A DNA stretch of 49,503 nucleotides, filler included, from Catajapyx aquilonaris (Eukaryota), in the NCBI GenBank assembly GCA_000934665.2. It is 3 parts of 3 records of this genome, joined end to end, with 100 filler letters (N's around TTAATTAATTAA, not from the genome) between each part and the next. Parts side by side here need not be neighbours in the genome. Positions count along the whole stretch, not along the records: positions 1 to 16,384 come from JYFJ02007213.1; positions 16,485 to 33,031 come from JYFJ02007214.1; 1 more part is not named here. One strand, given 5' to 3'. A program made the position numbers and the translations under genes. The notes under the pieces were generated by a model that saw only the letters and a program-made list of their open reading frames with translations, searched no databases and was not told the origin of the DNA. Positions 15,037 to 25,836 of the stretch are shown one piece after another (the stretch's first letter is position 1; the number at the start of each line of letters is the position of its first letter).

Positions 15037-16384
15037 GAAATTTGTTGCGCAACATGAGCTGTGACAATAGTGGTAATTTGTGAATCATTCAGCAGAACGA
15101 GCTAGGCATATATAGACCAACAAAAGGCAGAAGATCAGCTCTTAATAGAGCCGGAGAGATAGCTCCCTCCAAAAAATCGTAACATTAGTCATGAGCAACC
15201 CATTATACAAAACTCTTGCGCTATAAATCCGCACAGTCTGCGGAAACCACACGCTGAAACTCAGTTGGTGAATTAAGAAAAATGTGCAGCTTCTTCCTTC
15301 TTTTTTCTCTCTCTCTCTCTCTTTCTCTCTCTTCATCTCTTCTGAAGACTGTTGCTGCTAGATGGAGGAGAGAGAAAAAGAAGAAGTATAAAAAAATGGA
15401 GGGCGACGGACTGAATCTAAGGAACTCCCAGCTTGGCAACAGTTTTCTTTTTGCAAGGAGAGGGCTATAGTTGACTTAACCTTTCTTGTGGAAGCCACTG
15501 CCTTAGTGGGAACCGCTGCCAAATTGCTGTCTGGGGAGTGATGTACGACAGCGGTGCACTTAGCCGAGTTCCAGGCCTAATTAGCTGAAATTAGCATGTC
15601 CTGGACCACAGGGATTAGGCAACACTCGGAGCTGCACCTAAGAATACAGCTGCCTCAAAATAATTCTGGAAGGGATTTTTTTTTTTTTTTTGCCCATTGA
15701 AATAATGTGCTGCTTTAGAAAATTTTCTTATGCTTCAGGCCTGCCATATCGTATACTATACATACAGGGTGGGGCCGAAAAACCTTTCCAGGTCTTTTGA
15801 ATGGAGGAGTGAAGGTCAACACTCCGTGACTGAAACGGCCGCGCTTTTCCTTCGAGTAGAAAGTTTTTGGCGGAATTTCCCGTCTAAGTGGAAAAGGGTG
15901 AAAGCCTTTCTTCGCGTTTTCTCGGCCCTCATAGTGGATACAAGTAATAGAGTTACTTTGCTTCGGATTTTCGGTTTGGGGGAGGGAGGGAGGGGGAAGG
16001 GAGGTTTTCTAACCCCTTTTGGGCTTGAAGGCTGCTAGGAAAGCTCGAATTAGAAGTAGGAGTGAAGAGAGAAGGTGGAGGTCTGGAGGAGAAGCGGACA
16101 AGAGCAGATCGTAATGAAATTGCGTCTCTCTGGGTATTAGCAGGTACACCTTACAAAGGAATGCCCCACTTCTACCTCCAACTTTGAAGAGGAAAAAAAC
16201 TACTAGTTTTTTCCCCCCCAAACGTCTGCAGTGCAGGAAAAAAAGTTTGGTCGGTTCTGTCAACTCGTGTACACGCTTAAAATATTGAGTAACAATTTCG
16301 ATTCCATTAATGTTTGAACTGCAGCGATTTTCACTGGTGTGCGTAAAATTTTTCCTTAGACTTTCAGTAAAGGCAATGGAAAAT

Positions 16385-16484
16385 NNNNNNNNNNNNNNNN
16401 NNNNNNNNNNNNNNNNNNNNNNNNNNNNTTAATTAATTAANNNNNNNNNNNNNNNNNNNNNNNNNNNNNNNNNNNNNNNNNNNN
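16385..16484. other. assembly linker N44-TTAATTAATTAA-N44
   Basis: Exactly 100 bp with a central six-frame-stop 12-mer. Identical structure at 33032-33131. Confidence 0.95.
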
Positions 16485-16939
16485 CCCGTTCAACTCAATG
16501 CAATTGCCTTGCATGATTTGCCACTCCGCGGGGTCATTTCGAATGCAGAAAGGATGTGACGTCACGCCATACGGCCGTAATAAATAAATTGATTACTGCC
16601 GTATTTCTAATTGTTTTATTAAACCGACCCGGGTAGTCGCCACCTACGATTTTTCCCCACTCCCTCGCGCGCGCTTGACCCGTGACTCTGAAACACCCTG
16701 TATATGAGAGAGACTATCTTCAAAGACTTTAAAGTTGCAGGCATCACTTCATTAAATTGCTAAAAATAATGGTTAGTTTCTTCAATACCAGAGGAAAAAA
16801 CAACAACAGATAACTTGTCAAATCACCTCTAGTGATGTTGCTCCTCGATACATTGAATGGTATACGCTACTGGCACCACTAGTAACTTCTCAATTAGTAC
16901 ATAACTATCAATAAGTTTTAAAAAAGTACCACAGCTCAC

Positions 16940-19900
16940 CTGTGGCTGACATCCCTTCTATGTCGACATAGGTAACCTCAAAGTTCTGCTCGATTGCAAT
17001 CTCATGCAGAAACTGGACATAGTTGAGCACAGTTGTGTTCAGTGGGGTGGCCTGAAAAATATTTACAAGTTGAGAATAAACATGGGAAACTTTTCCCATC
17101 AAGACCAAAATCGAAACATAACCGATAATGTACAAACGTCTCCAGACAGCCCAACCTCCTCACCTCCTCACCACAAACCACAAACCTCATCCTCACCACA
17201 AAACTCGCCTGCGCGCTATCGTGCGGGAGGGCCGGGAAGCTCAGAAGAGACGGGAGTCAGAGCTGTGTAGCTGCTACTCAGCAGCCGCTACAGCTATTGC
17301 GCTATTCTGCGACTCGGTATCATTGCATTTTCGCCATAAAATGAAGCGTGACTGACAATACTTCCTGCAGGGTACTGTACGGTACTAAATAAATTCCTGG
17401 ATAAAAATAAGGAGGAAGGGAGTGAAAAAAAGACAGAGAAGAAAAGACGACGAAAAAAAGAGGGGAAAAGAAGAAGTCTCACTGGGACGCGAACCTGCAG
17501 CCTTCTGATCTATAGCCCAGCGGGCTGACCATTGCGCTACTCCAGCCATCGCTGGGATTGTTCCTTCCGATGGGGATTCTTATACTGCGCAGAGGTCAGG
17601 CCGCCGTTAAATGACTAATAACGTGGAGGGGTCGAGCGTGTTGATATTTTCAGTCCTGGAATATTAATTTTCACTGCTTGATGTGGGCAGGGGGTAGGGG
17701 TACGATGTACTAACCCAACCTAACCTAACCTAACCTTCACTCATTGCGTATACAGCCCTGTCCTCAGCGTATACAGCCATATCCTCAGCGTATACAGCCC
17801 TATCCTCAGCGTATACAGCCCTATCTTCACGTATACAACCCTATCGTCAGCGTATACAGCCCTACGTACGGATGTGACTACAACCGTATATGATAGCAGG
17901 ATAGCGGATAGCGGAATCGCAGTAGCTGCTATGGAGTAGCAGTTATCCGATGGAGTGATCGGATCGACGATGAACGGAACGGCGCATGCGCTGCGGTTCC
18001 CGGCCCTCCCGCACGATGGCGCGCAGGCGAGTTTTGTGGTGAGGAGGTGAGGAGGTGGGGCTGTCTGGAGACGTTTTTGATAATGTAGTGTCCTGGCCAG
18101 CCCCCTGACACATCCAGCCTATCGAGCCTATCCCTGTCTTGCAGGTTGTTTAATATAAAAGGCACCGCTAGGCAGGGGAAGTGGCGCTAGTGCGCCTCCA
18201 CAACCGTCTAGTGGGGCGTCCCTTCGGGTGGCTGCCTACTTCAGCCTTCGGACTGGTGCTGAGGGGCGGGAAAAAACATGGCGGCATTTTTCACCATATG
18301 CGGGCGCGTGCTATACTGTAGGCCTACTAGTGTTGGGCCCAAAAAAGCAAAGCAGCTTTTTAAAAGCTGCTTTAGAAAAAAAGCAGTACATCCACTGCTT
18401 TGAGTTTGAGGAAAAGCTGCTTTTGGAGAAAAACTGCTTTTTTGTTTTTTCTGCCTCTGCGAGTCTGCGCGGGCATATCAGGAAGACTTCCCCTTGCAGA
18501 ACACTTTATATACGTACAGTTATAATATCCAAACTCATAAAACTATATCACAAAAGTTACAAAACATCAAATAATTTGCGGCTTCGGAAAAAAAAAAATA
18601 CATTTGTTGTACGGCAAAAAGCGGGTTCTCGTCAAAGATCAAACAAATTATATATTGAATATGGTGGAAGTCGAAGAATACCCTGGAGGTGTTTCATTCT
18701 CTGGTTTGAAAAAAATTTGCAGTCGTATATCAAATGGAACAATGTCCAATCTTGATTCTCGTTGCACAAAGTGCAGCTAGATTCATTAGAAAATTTAAAT
18801 TTGTAGCCCTTTACGAAAAAATACTCGGACTTGTTCCTCAGACTACAGATTAAGCGAGTATGAGTAAGAGGCAGTGAATATAAAAAGTATTGAGCCATGC
18901 CAAAGTCTGGGGCTAATCGAATATAATGACTGTAATGAGAAGAATAAATATTGGTCCAACGTTGAAGTTAATATATATAATTTTTATACAATATCTGTAT
19001 ATTTTCATAATTTCCTGCCATCAACCAACTCTCCCAAGTAAAGCCCAATCTCCAAAACAGATGTCTTAGAGCTGTCTTCCATTTACATTAGTAGAATCAA
19101 GAGCTTATTAGCTCTAGGTAGAATTTACTTCGTTCGAAATCAGCCATCGTAGGGCTTTTTTACTCCAATAGTTGTCTGGCAGTTCCCAACTTTCCCATGT
19201 CTTCTGTAAGAATTTAATTAGCTGTTTGAATGTGTTTATCTAGATATTTCTCCTTCCTGTTTGCGAGGCAATGTGAGAAATTTCTTTATAAAATAAATTT
19301 GAATTCTTTCTATTTCATGTGTTCGGTCCAGTGCCCAAACCGCGGCACTGTATGTTACAACTGGTATTATTTTAGTATCTAACAATTTGAACGCCCTTTT
19401 TATATCCCCTCACCTTCAAGTTTATACTAGTGTGGGTCACACATACCGGATATCTCCGATATCCATTTTGTCACTGGCCGTACCTGTTTATGCAGCAATT
19501 GGAACTCCCAAGTATTTATACATGATGTTTTAATATAAAATAGATAAAATAATAGTATAAAACGTCACGGAGCTACTTTCAGTACTTAATGGCTGACTTT
19601 GTGTCTTTGTTTAAACAACTTTCGTAAAAACTGCTTTTTAAAGCAGCTTTTTAAAAAAAGCAGTTACTACTGAAGCTGCTTTGTAAAAGAAGCAGCTTTT
19701 GCCCAACACTAAGGCCTACTAACCCCGCCCAACCCTGCACTAACGGTGATAATTTATTTGGCTGAATCATGGATAAATGAACCTGGGAAAAAAATCCGGA
19801 ACAAATAATAAGAGTGAAAATTAGGCCCTGTAGGTAGGTTTGAACGGTTTCAAGCAGGCGTTTCAAGCGCCCGAAGGGACACCCCACTAGACGGTTGTGG

Positions 19901-20394
19901 AGACGCACTAGCGCCACTTCCCCCGCTTAGCGGTGCCTTTTATATTAAACACCGAATCGTGTTTGTGTCAGGGGGCTGGTCCTGGCAATGGGAAACAGAA
20001 AACCAAATCACAGGCAAGGATGGGGAATTAAGATTCAACGCTAAGAAACAAAAGATAAACAAGCCAAAAGTGGGGAGGCGGAGTGGTGCTGCGGTAACGT
20101 ATGCGCCCACGGATGTTAAGGTCTCGGGTTCGATCCCAACCCGGGGACACCCCCTTCATCTCGTGCAGAGTTCATGAGTCGTCTCTGACTTCGTCTCAGG
20201 TGGAATTTCCTTAGACTAATCCACCCGGGGGAGCTCACAAAACGACCACATTTCAGACAAGGCACTGCACTTGCACATCCCCTCCTGTCATCCTGCCCGT
20301 GGGCCCGGGCGCTTCAATAATAGGATTCCCAAATTTGTACCAACGTTAAAATAAAGGTCTGGCTGAAAACCCCTAGGGGTACGCCTATCACCCA

Positions 20395-20469
<75 letters not shown>

Positions 20470-23400
20470 ACAAGCCAAAAGTGCCATCATGCATCCACAC
20501 AGTTCTCAGGGTTTTCAGGAGAGGTAAATTTTTGGCGGGAACAAGGCCCACTCACCTCGTCCAGCAATTCAGTAATGGACGTCGTCGGTATCTCCAAGAT
20601 CTAGAAAAAAAGAAGAGGATAAAAACCACACGTCAATCACTTTGTTTGGTTATCCTTATTCCCCAGGGTAAGGAGGTTAAGGAGGTGGAGGTAAGCCAGC
20701 TCTTTTGCTTCCAACATGCAAAACCAAGCCACACACATACAATGTCAACAGCTCTAACAGAGACAGAAAAGAGGTGAGGATAAGGTTTCAAAGCATATTA
20801 TGAATGGCCCAACTGCCTCAACTGCACTTGTATGACGTACAGAGAAAATATGGTTCAGCTCACTTATCCTAATCTGGAAGGTAGTTTCGAGTTCAGATGA
20901 GTTGTTTATGTGATTGCCAGTGCATTAAAGCAATGTGAAAGCATGTTATTGCTGATCATTTAGTTATTCCTGCAATACTATGCAACTGAAAAAGTCTTGT
21001 AACTTCATGCTGGCATACAGTGTGGCATCCTTCCTGCTCAAGTTTTTCATGGAGCTGAAAGTTAATTTTAAACTTGACATGTTGCAGGATGCTCTTCCTT
21101 CCCTAAGGGCAGCATAACAATAAGCAGCATGCCAACAAAATCCCACTATTTCTGAATAACCGATGTCCTCCCACCACCAGTGGCACAGTGGCAAAGTCCC
21201 ACTGCCGTCCTTCATTAACCTGTTCTCCTGTCACCACCATACAAATGCAAATGAAGTCCTTGTGAGCTAGCCACATTTTCTCTATGCCCTCTCTCTCTTT
21301 TTTTTTGTTCACCTGCAGCTGGGCCAGCTTCTCTCCCGTGGATGACTTGAGATTGCGATGGAACTGCGAGACCTTGTGGCTGTGTGGCGGGGACAGGGTT
21401 GAGATCTTACTGTCTTTCAGCCCCGCAGAACGAGCGGCCGACATCTTTTGTGATATCTGCAAGAACAAAAGTGTTTTTTTGTTGCCAGGAATTTTCCTCT
21501 TCCTTTCTTTATCTGTCTTTCAGAGGCTGGAAAGACAGTAAGACTTTTGGGAAGTAGGAGTGGGAGCATGCAGTGGAATCGGTATGAAAATAGGTAGGCT
21601 AGAATTCTTTCCTGACACCTCTCCCAAGAAATTGTGCTGTCTCACATTGAGTTGGATTACTCACAAATATAGGAATGCTTAGAGCTAAGATGATCTGCCA
21701 TACTTCACCAATTTGAATTTCAAAATCTAAGTGATTTTTTGGCTATAAATTTCAACAAATTCAAAGCACCTCTTAATAACATTGCAAACAGGCTGTCCAT
21801 GACAGTTCCAACAGTAAAACATGAGAATAGGTGATGAACATGGGCCAATTATGAAGCTTCACTCCCTGAAAAGTTGGCTCAGCAGCCTGAAGCTGCCCCA
21901 TTTCCATCACACAATCAGACTCATGTTGAGCCAGCTCTTTGTATGCAAGAACATACCTCGTCCTCATCCTCCAGCCCAGCAGTGACATTTGGGGTCTCTG
22001 TGGGCAAATCTTTGAGCTTCTGGAGCATCTTATAAGCAGCCTGCCGCTTGGCCAGCTTCTTTGACTCCCCTGTGCCAGTCTCGCGGAGCTTGCAAACAAC
22101 ACATGCAATGGTGAATTGCCTCTCATGGGGCAGTCCCTCCTCAGATACCACTTCATAGGCTGGGGGTGGCTTCCTTCTAGCCTTGCACAATTCTTGGAGG
22201 GCTCCCACTGGGTTTCCAGGGATTTTGTCCTCATAAGGTGATACCACCTAAAAAGAAAGCATGGCAAATTAGATGTTAAAAGAACATCTGAACCATGCAT
22301 CAAAATGTGCAATGTTGCGTATCAAATTAGCAATTGGCCTGCCTTTTGTTTTGGTACTCACTTGGGTGTTGACTTCTGCTAATGAGAGCTGACCCGGGTT
22401 GCAAGGCAGCCCATCAGAATTATTCTGCTGCACAATCTTGTCCAACACTGCTTTAGCTGCAGCATGTTTAGATTCCTTCTTTGAATGCCCTGTACCAGTT
22501 GCCACTGCACCACAGACAAATTCAAATTTAGTACGCACCAGTATACAGGGTGTTTCTCCAGCCAACGGCTGTCAGCGTATTACTTGGGCCAAAACATGTA
22601 TGTCAGCTCCTGGTAGCTCAGTGGTTAGAGGTCCCGATTCGCAATGGGTAATGCAACACGGGCCAAAACAAGTCGAAAATGAAGGGTGGAGAAAGGTGGG
22701 GACTAACAGTTAAAGGGACACTCCACTCAAAATACAAGTTGGGTTCTAAAAATCGGGTAAAAAATCCTGATTCCGAGGGTATAAGCAGTTTTTCTTAGAG
22801 ACGAACTGTAAGGCCAATGTGAAAGCTGGAAGTGTGTCGTTCGAAAACCGCGCGCGGGGCGGTGGGGGCAGGTGGCGACTCCACCAGAGTGGAACCGGGC
22901 GGAACTAGACCAGGCACGCCTGGCGCGGCAGGTGTTTACTGTGCGCGTTATACTTCTCCGGTTTGCCGCGGGATGGTGCTGTATCGCCATTCTTAGCAGA
23001 CGACGTGTGTAGATATATGATTTTCTGTGATTTTCCGTGTTACCGTTGGGCGTAGAAAAAAACCGATTGCACATTCGGAATCAGGATTTTTTGCCCGATT
23101 TTTGGGGGCCAACTTGTATATTGAGTGGAGTGTCCCTTTAACGAGGTAGACAACCAGAAATATTGGCGTGTGGTTTCCAAAGTTGCAGGGTATGAGTGGT
23201 GATAATCACTTCTGTGAAAGAGGTGACCTTGGAAATCCCAACAGTCGCGATTTTCACGCGCTCATATCCTGCTCCTTCGGCAACCATTGACCAATGTTTC
23301 TGGTGTAGGTAATTTTAACTGTTTCTCCCTTGACATTTCTCCCCCCTACATTTTCCGACTTCTTTTGTCTCAAAGAATACTACAGCCATTGGCTGGCCTA

Positions 23401-24274
23401 CTAACAAACAAAACACCCTGTATGTGCTACAACCAAGGGGGTAACAACTCTCCCAAAACGTGTACACCAGTTCCACGAAGTTGTTACCCCCTTAGCTACA
23501 ACAGCAGATAACCCTTAACCTACATTCACATATAGAACAATTCCCCTTATCAATTCCAATTGCAGCCTGTTTATTCCACCCGCCATGCACGTTGGTATGT
23601 ATGAATGCCGAACGTACCAACAATATCTCCCACGGTGACATTGTACATGAATGTGGGTTCGTGTGCAGCCCCCTTGATCTGAACCAGCTCGTACTTGGGG
23701 GTCATCCCTCTTCTGCTGTACAGCTCCTGCAGCAGCGACACTGGGGTCTTGGCTGGAAGTCCTCCACCCAGTTGAGCAGCCTCGAAAGACCCACCTTCCT
23801 GCTTGACTGCATTCTGAAAAGCAACCCATTTTCATCCCTGAAACAGTGTTCCTCTGACCCACAGCCAAACATGCCAGCAGACATGCCTGCAACAGACTTT
23901 CTTAGAACAGTTTGTCATATTCTACTGTATATCAATCTCAAGATTGTAGGGTGAATGGCCAGCCAAACATAAAGCGGCTCTCTTCCCCCCTCCTTTCGGG
24001 CCCATCCTTCCTTTACCTGCTGGGCTGGTCCCGTGCTGGCTGGACCCCTCATTCCGGTCAGCCCCAATCCCAAGCCGCTGGGAGTCTCGGGCATGAACAT
24101 ATCTGCCCCTTCTTCTTCCTCCTTGCCTTTTTCGCCCCGGCCTGGCCCCCTTCCGAACACCACCCCCGACGCAAGAGCATAAGCCAACATCTCCCCCTTC
24201 AACACAGCCACCACCCCACCAAGCAAGCTGACGGCTTTGATCGAACAGCGCAAAAGACAGGTCGAACAGAGCAT
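16940..24274 (-). CDS. loqs: Loquacious/TRBP/PACT-family dsRNA-binding Dicer cofactor, 3'-incomplete
   Basis: Phase-consistent GT-AG exons: <=24274-24017, 23813-23618 (KTPVSLLQELYSRRGMTPKYELVQIKGAAHEPTF, dsRBD1), 22504-22362 (ATGTGHSKKESKHAAAKAVL), 22247-21957 (NPVGALQELC..GLPHERQF..SKKLAKRQAA, dsRBD2), 21456-21313 (KVSQFHRNLKSSTGEKL, Loqs linker), 17051-16940 (VQFLHEIAIEQNFEVTYVDIE, start of dsRBD3). The rest of dsRBD3 was not found before the gap. The start ATG is uncertain. Confidence 0.93.
17476..17547 (-). mobile_element. tRNA-derived SINE-like head inside the TIR element
   Basis: Minus strand reads ggctggagtagcgcaatgg...caggttcgcgtccc, with degenerate pol III A/B boxes. It does not form a clean cloverleaf. 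Confidence 0.5.
17710..17864. repeat. (CCTAA)n telomere-like run plus ~21-bp minisatellite
   Basis: ctaacccaacctaacctaacctaacc at 17710-17735. About 6 copies of gcgtatacagccctatcctca at 17746-17864. Confidence 0.85.
18328..19711. mobile_element. non-autonomous hAT element nested in the outer hAT
   Basis: TIR TAGTGTTGGGC / GCCCAACACTA, aagcagcttt subterminal repeats, 8-bp TSD aggcctac at 18320-18327 and 19712-19719. Confidence 0.9.
18600..19520 (-). mobile_element. decayed 3' fragment of a non-LTR retrotransposon ORF2
   Basis: YKYLGVPI (end of RT, ~19520-19497), KLLDTKIIPVVTYSAAVW (thumb-like, ~19388-19335), CTLCNENQDWTLFHLIYDC (CCHC zinc knuckle, ~18775-18720). Frames are broken. Confidence 0.75.
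20073..20468 (+). mobile_element. full-length tRNA-derived SINE, copy 1
   Basis: A box (gtggtgctgcgg), B box (ggttcgatccc), (ATT)n tail. 15-bp TSD aacaagccaaaagtg at 20058-20072 and 20469-20483. Confidence 0.92.
20556..20600 (-). CDS. loqs: candidate 45-nt symmetric cassette exon of loqs (ILEIPTTSITELLDE)
   Basis: Strong acceptor cctcttctttttttctag and donor GAG|gtgagt. Phase 0-0, matching both flanking exons, with no stop. Confidence 0.55.
22546..23420. mobile_element. Tc1/mariner-type MITE in loqs intron 2
   Basis: TA|CAGGGTGTTT ... AAACACCCTG|TA. Also ccagccaacggctg vs cagccattggctgg. Confidence 0.65.
22714..23137. mobile_element. Kolobok-like (TTAA TSD) MITE nested in the Tc1-type MITE
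   Basis: TTAA|AGGGACACTCCACTCAA ... TTGAGTGGAGTGTCCCT|TTAA with ~65-bp TIRs. Confidence 0.85.
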
Positions 24275-24861
24275 AGCAGCTCGGCTTCACTTTTGTTTAT
24301 TGGCTGTGGTAGCAGTTAACAGCTTCTGACCGCGCAGGTAGACTCATGTGTAAATACACGTTCAAGTTCGGCAGTGGCAGACTGACCACATTATTGGTGC
24401 CTGAAATTTTTGTTTTTAGAACTTGGGCAGGCTGCAGGGTGTCTGGGCCTTATGGCACTGTATGGCAGAAAGTACTGTTGCCAAACGGTTAATAGCTACT
24501 TCTTTAACTGTTACGAGGCTGCAGGTGTGGCGGAACAAAGGGTGCGGCGTCATTTCCAGCAAAATTGCAATTTCGCCAAATATCACGCAAATTGTTAGAT
24601 AAATATTTGCGCCAAAGATACAAAGACGTTGCCAAGACGTTGCATCGCTTGCAAATTCCCAACATGAAATGATGTTTTCAATGTTATGTAATTATACCGA
24701 ATTGCACAAAGAGCCTATTATTCCTCTTCAAATGCACCCGCGCAGGTGTGCGCTTTTACTCATAAATCTGATTTAATTAAAGCTTGTCATCATCAATTAA
24801 TAACGTGGCAACCATGTAATGTGTCAACCATGTAATGTGGCAACACTGGTGGTGCAGCATC

Positions 24862-24979
24862 CAAGATGGCGATCGGTTCGTCGTGTCGTCTGGAAGAGTA
24901 AACTGCGTCTCTGCACTGAAACCGGCTTTTCCTGGGGTCATGGAGGGAGGCAAGAAGGCCAAGAAGGACTACGACAAAG
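24862..24979 (+). promoter_or_regulatory. YY1-type motif and possible first exon of a gene divergent from loqs
   Basis: CAAGATGGCG at 24862-24871. ATG 24940 MEGGKKAKKDYDK then AAG|gtgac at 24979. No downstream exons identified. Confidence 0.3.
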
Positions 24980-25297
24980 GTGACGCTCTCGTGAATCAGG
25001 GATCATACGCAAGTAGAGCTCATTTGGAGGTGCAGCCAGGAATAATTGACTTAAAAGGGATGTGCTCGAATGAAAGCCATGATGAGTGTTGCTGCACATT
25101 TTGAAACTAAGTTGCTGCAATATTTCCAGTACTAGTATCAAATTGCTAACAACAAGATCTAGTGATCTACCGCAGTAGCCATTCTAATGGAAAAAAAAAA
25201 GTTTTAAAGAAAGTACTACACAGTAGGCTACGGATTTAACAGACTTAACAGGACTGCGGAAATAAGTAGAACAGGCCATATACGGAAGTATGGTGGG

Positions 25298-25656
25298 AGA
25301 GGCGGAGTGGCGCTGCAGTAACATATGCGCCCAGGGATGGAAGGGTCCTGGGTTCGATCCCAGCCCGGGGTCTCCCCCCTTCATCTCGTACAGAGTTAAG
25401 CGGTTGTCTCTGGCTTCGTCTCTGGTGGAATCTCTGATAGACTAATCCACCCGGGGGAGTTCACAAAATGTACTCTTTGAGACATTGCACTTGCACCTTG
25501 CACATCCCCTCCCAGTCACTCTGCCCATGGACCCGGGCGATTCGCAACAATGTTCCATATACGTATGTACACATTGTACACAGGCCTAAAAAGAACAAAT
25601 AAAAGTCCGTGCATTACCTCCCTAGTTGGGAGGTCCGCACTATACCCTAATTATTA

Positions 25657-25709
<53 letters not shown>

Positions 25710-25737
25710 GTTGTTGTTGTTGTTGTTATTATTATTT
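25298..25737 (+). mobile_element. full-length tRNA-derived SINE, copy 2
   Basis: Head and body homologous to 20073-20468. (ATT/GTT)n tail. 14-bp TSD ggaagtatggtggg at 25284-25297 and 25738-25751. Confidence 0.9.
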
Positions 25738-25836
25738 GGAAGTATGGTGGGTCAGCCTTTCGAGTCTGCCATAGCTGAGGCTGTTACGTCTGGAATCAAT
25801 GGGATAATTATGCTAGGATCAAGAATGTCCACTTAC

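Larger units (their letters stand above)
17133..18078. mobile_element. non-autonomous DNA element with long TIRs (hAT- or MULE-like)
   Basis: ~100-170 bp imperfect TIRs (caaacgtctccagacagccc...gcgggagggccgggaa vs ttcccggccctcccgcac...gggctgtctggagacgttt). Flanked by direct repeat (g)ataatgta at 17124-17132 and 18079-18087, an 8-9 bp TSD. Confidence 0.8.
18098..19978. mobile_element. non-autonomous hAT element (outer)
   Basis: Ends CAGCCCCCTGACACA / TGTGTCAGGGGGCTG. ~80-bp near-perfect inner inverted repeats. 8-bp TSD gtcctggc at 18090-18097 and 19979-19986. Confidence 0.88.

Noticed and set aside
17710..17735. TTAGG runs (also 42151-42170) as true telomere or chromosome-fusion sites
   Set aside because: Only 4-5 units, embedded in repeat elements or introns.
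18228..18755. 175-aa plus-strand ORF and the ORFs at 30033-30546
   Set aside because: They run across MITE termini and internal repeats with no domain signature; chance ORFs.
20073..20150. tRNA genes at the SINE heads (also 25298, 29509, 32245, 17476, 22606)
   Set aside because: A/B boxes are present but there is no proper cloverleaf; most continue into SINE bodies with tails and TSDs.
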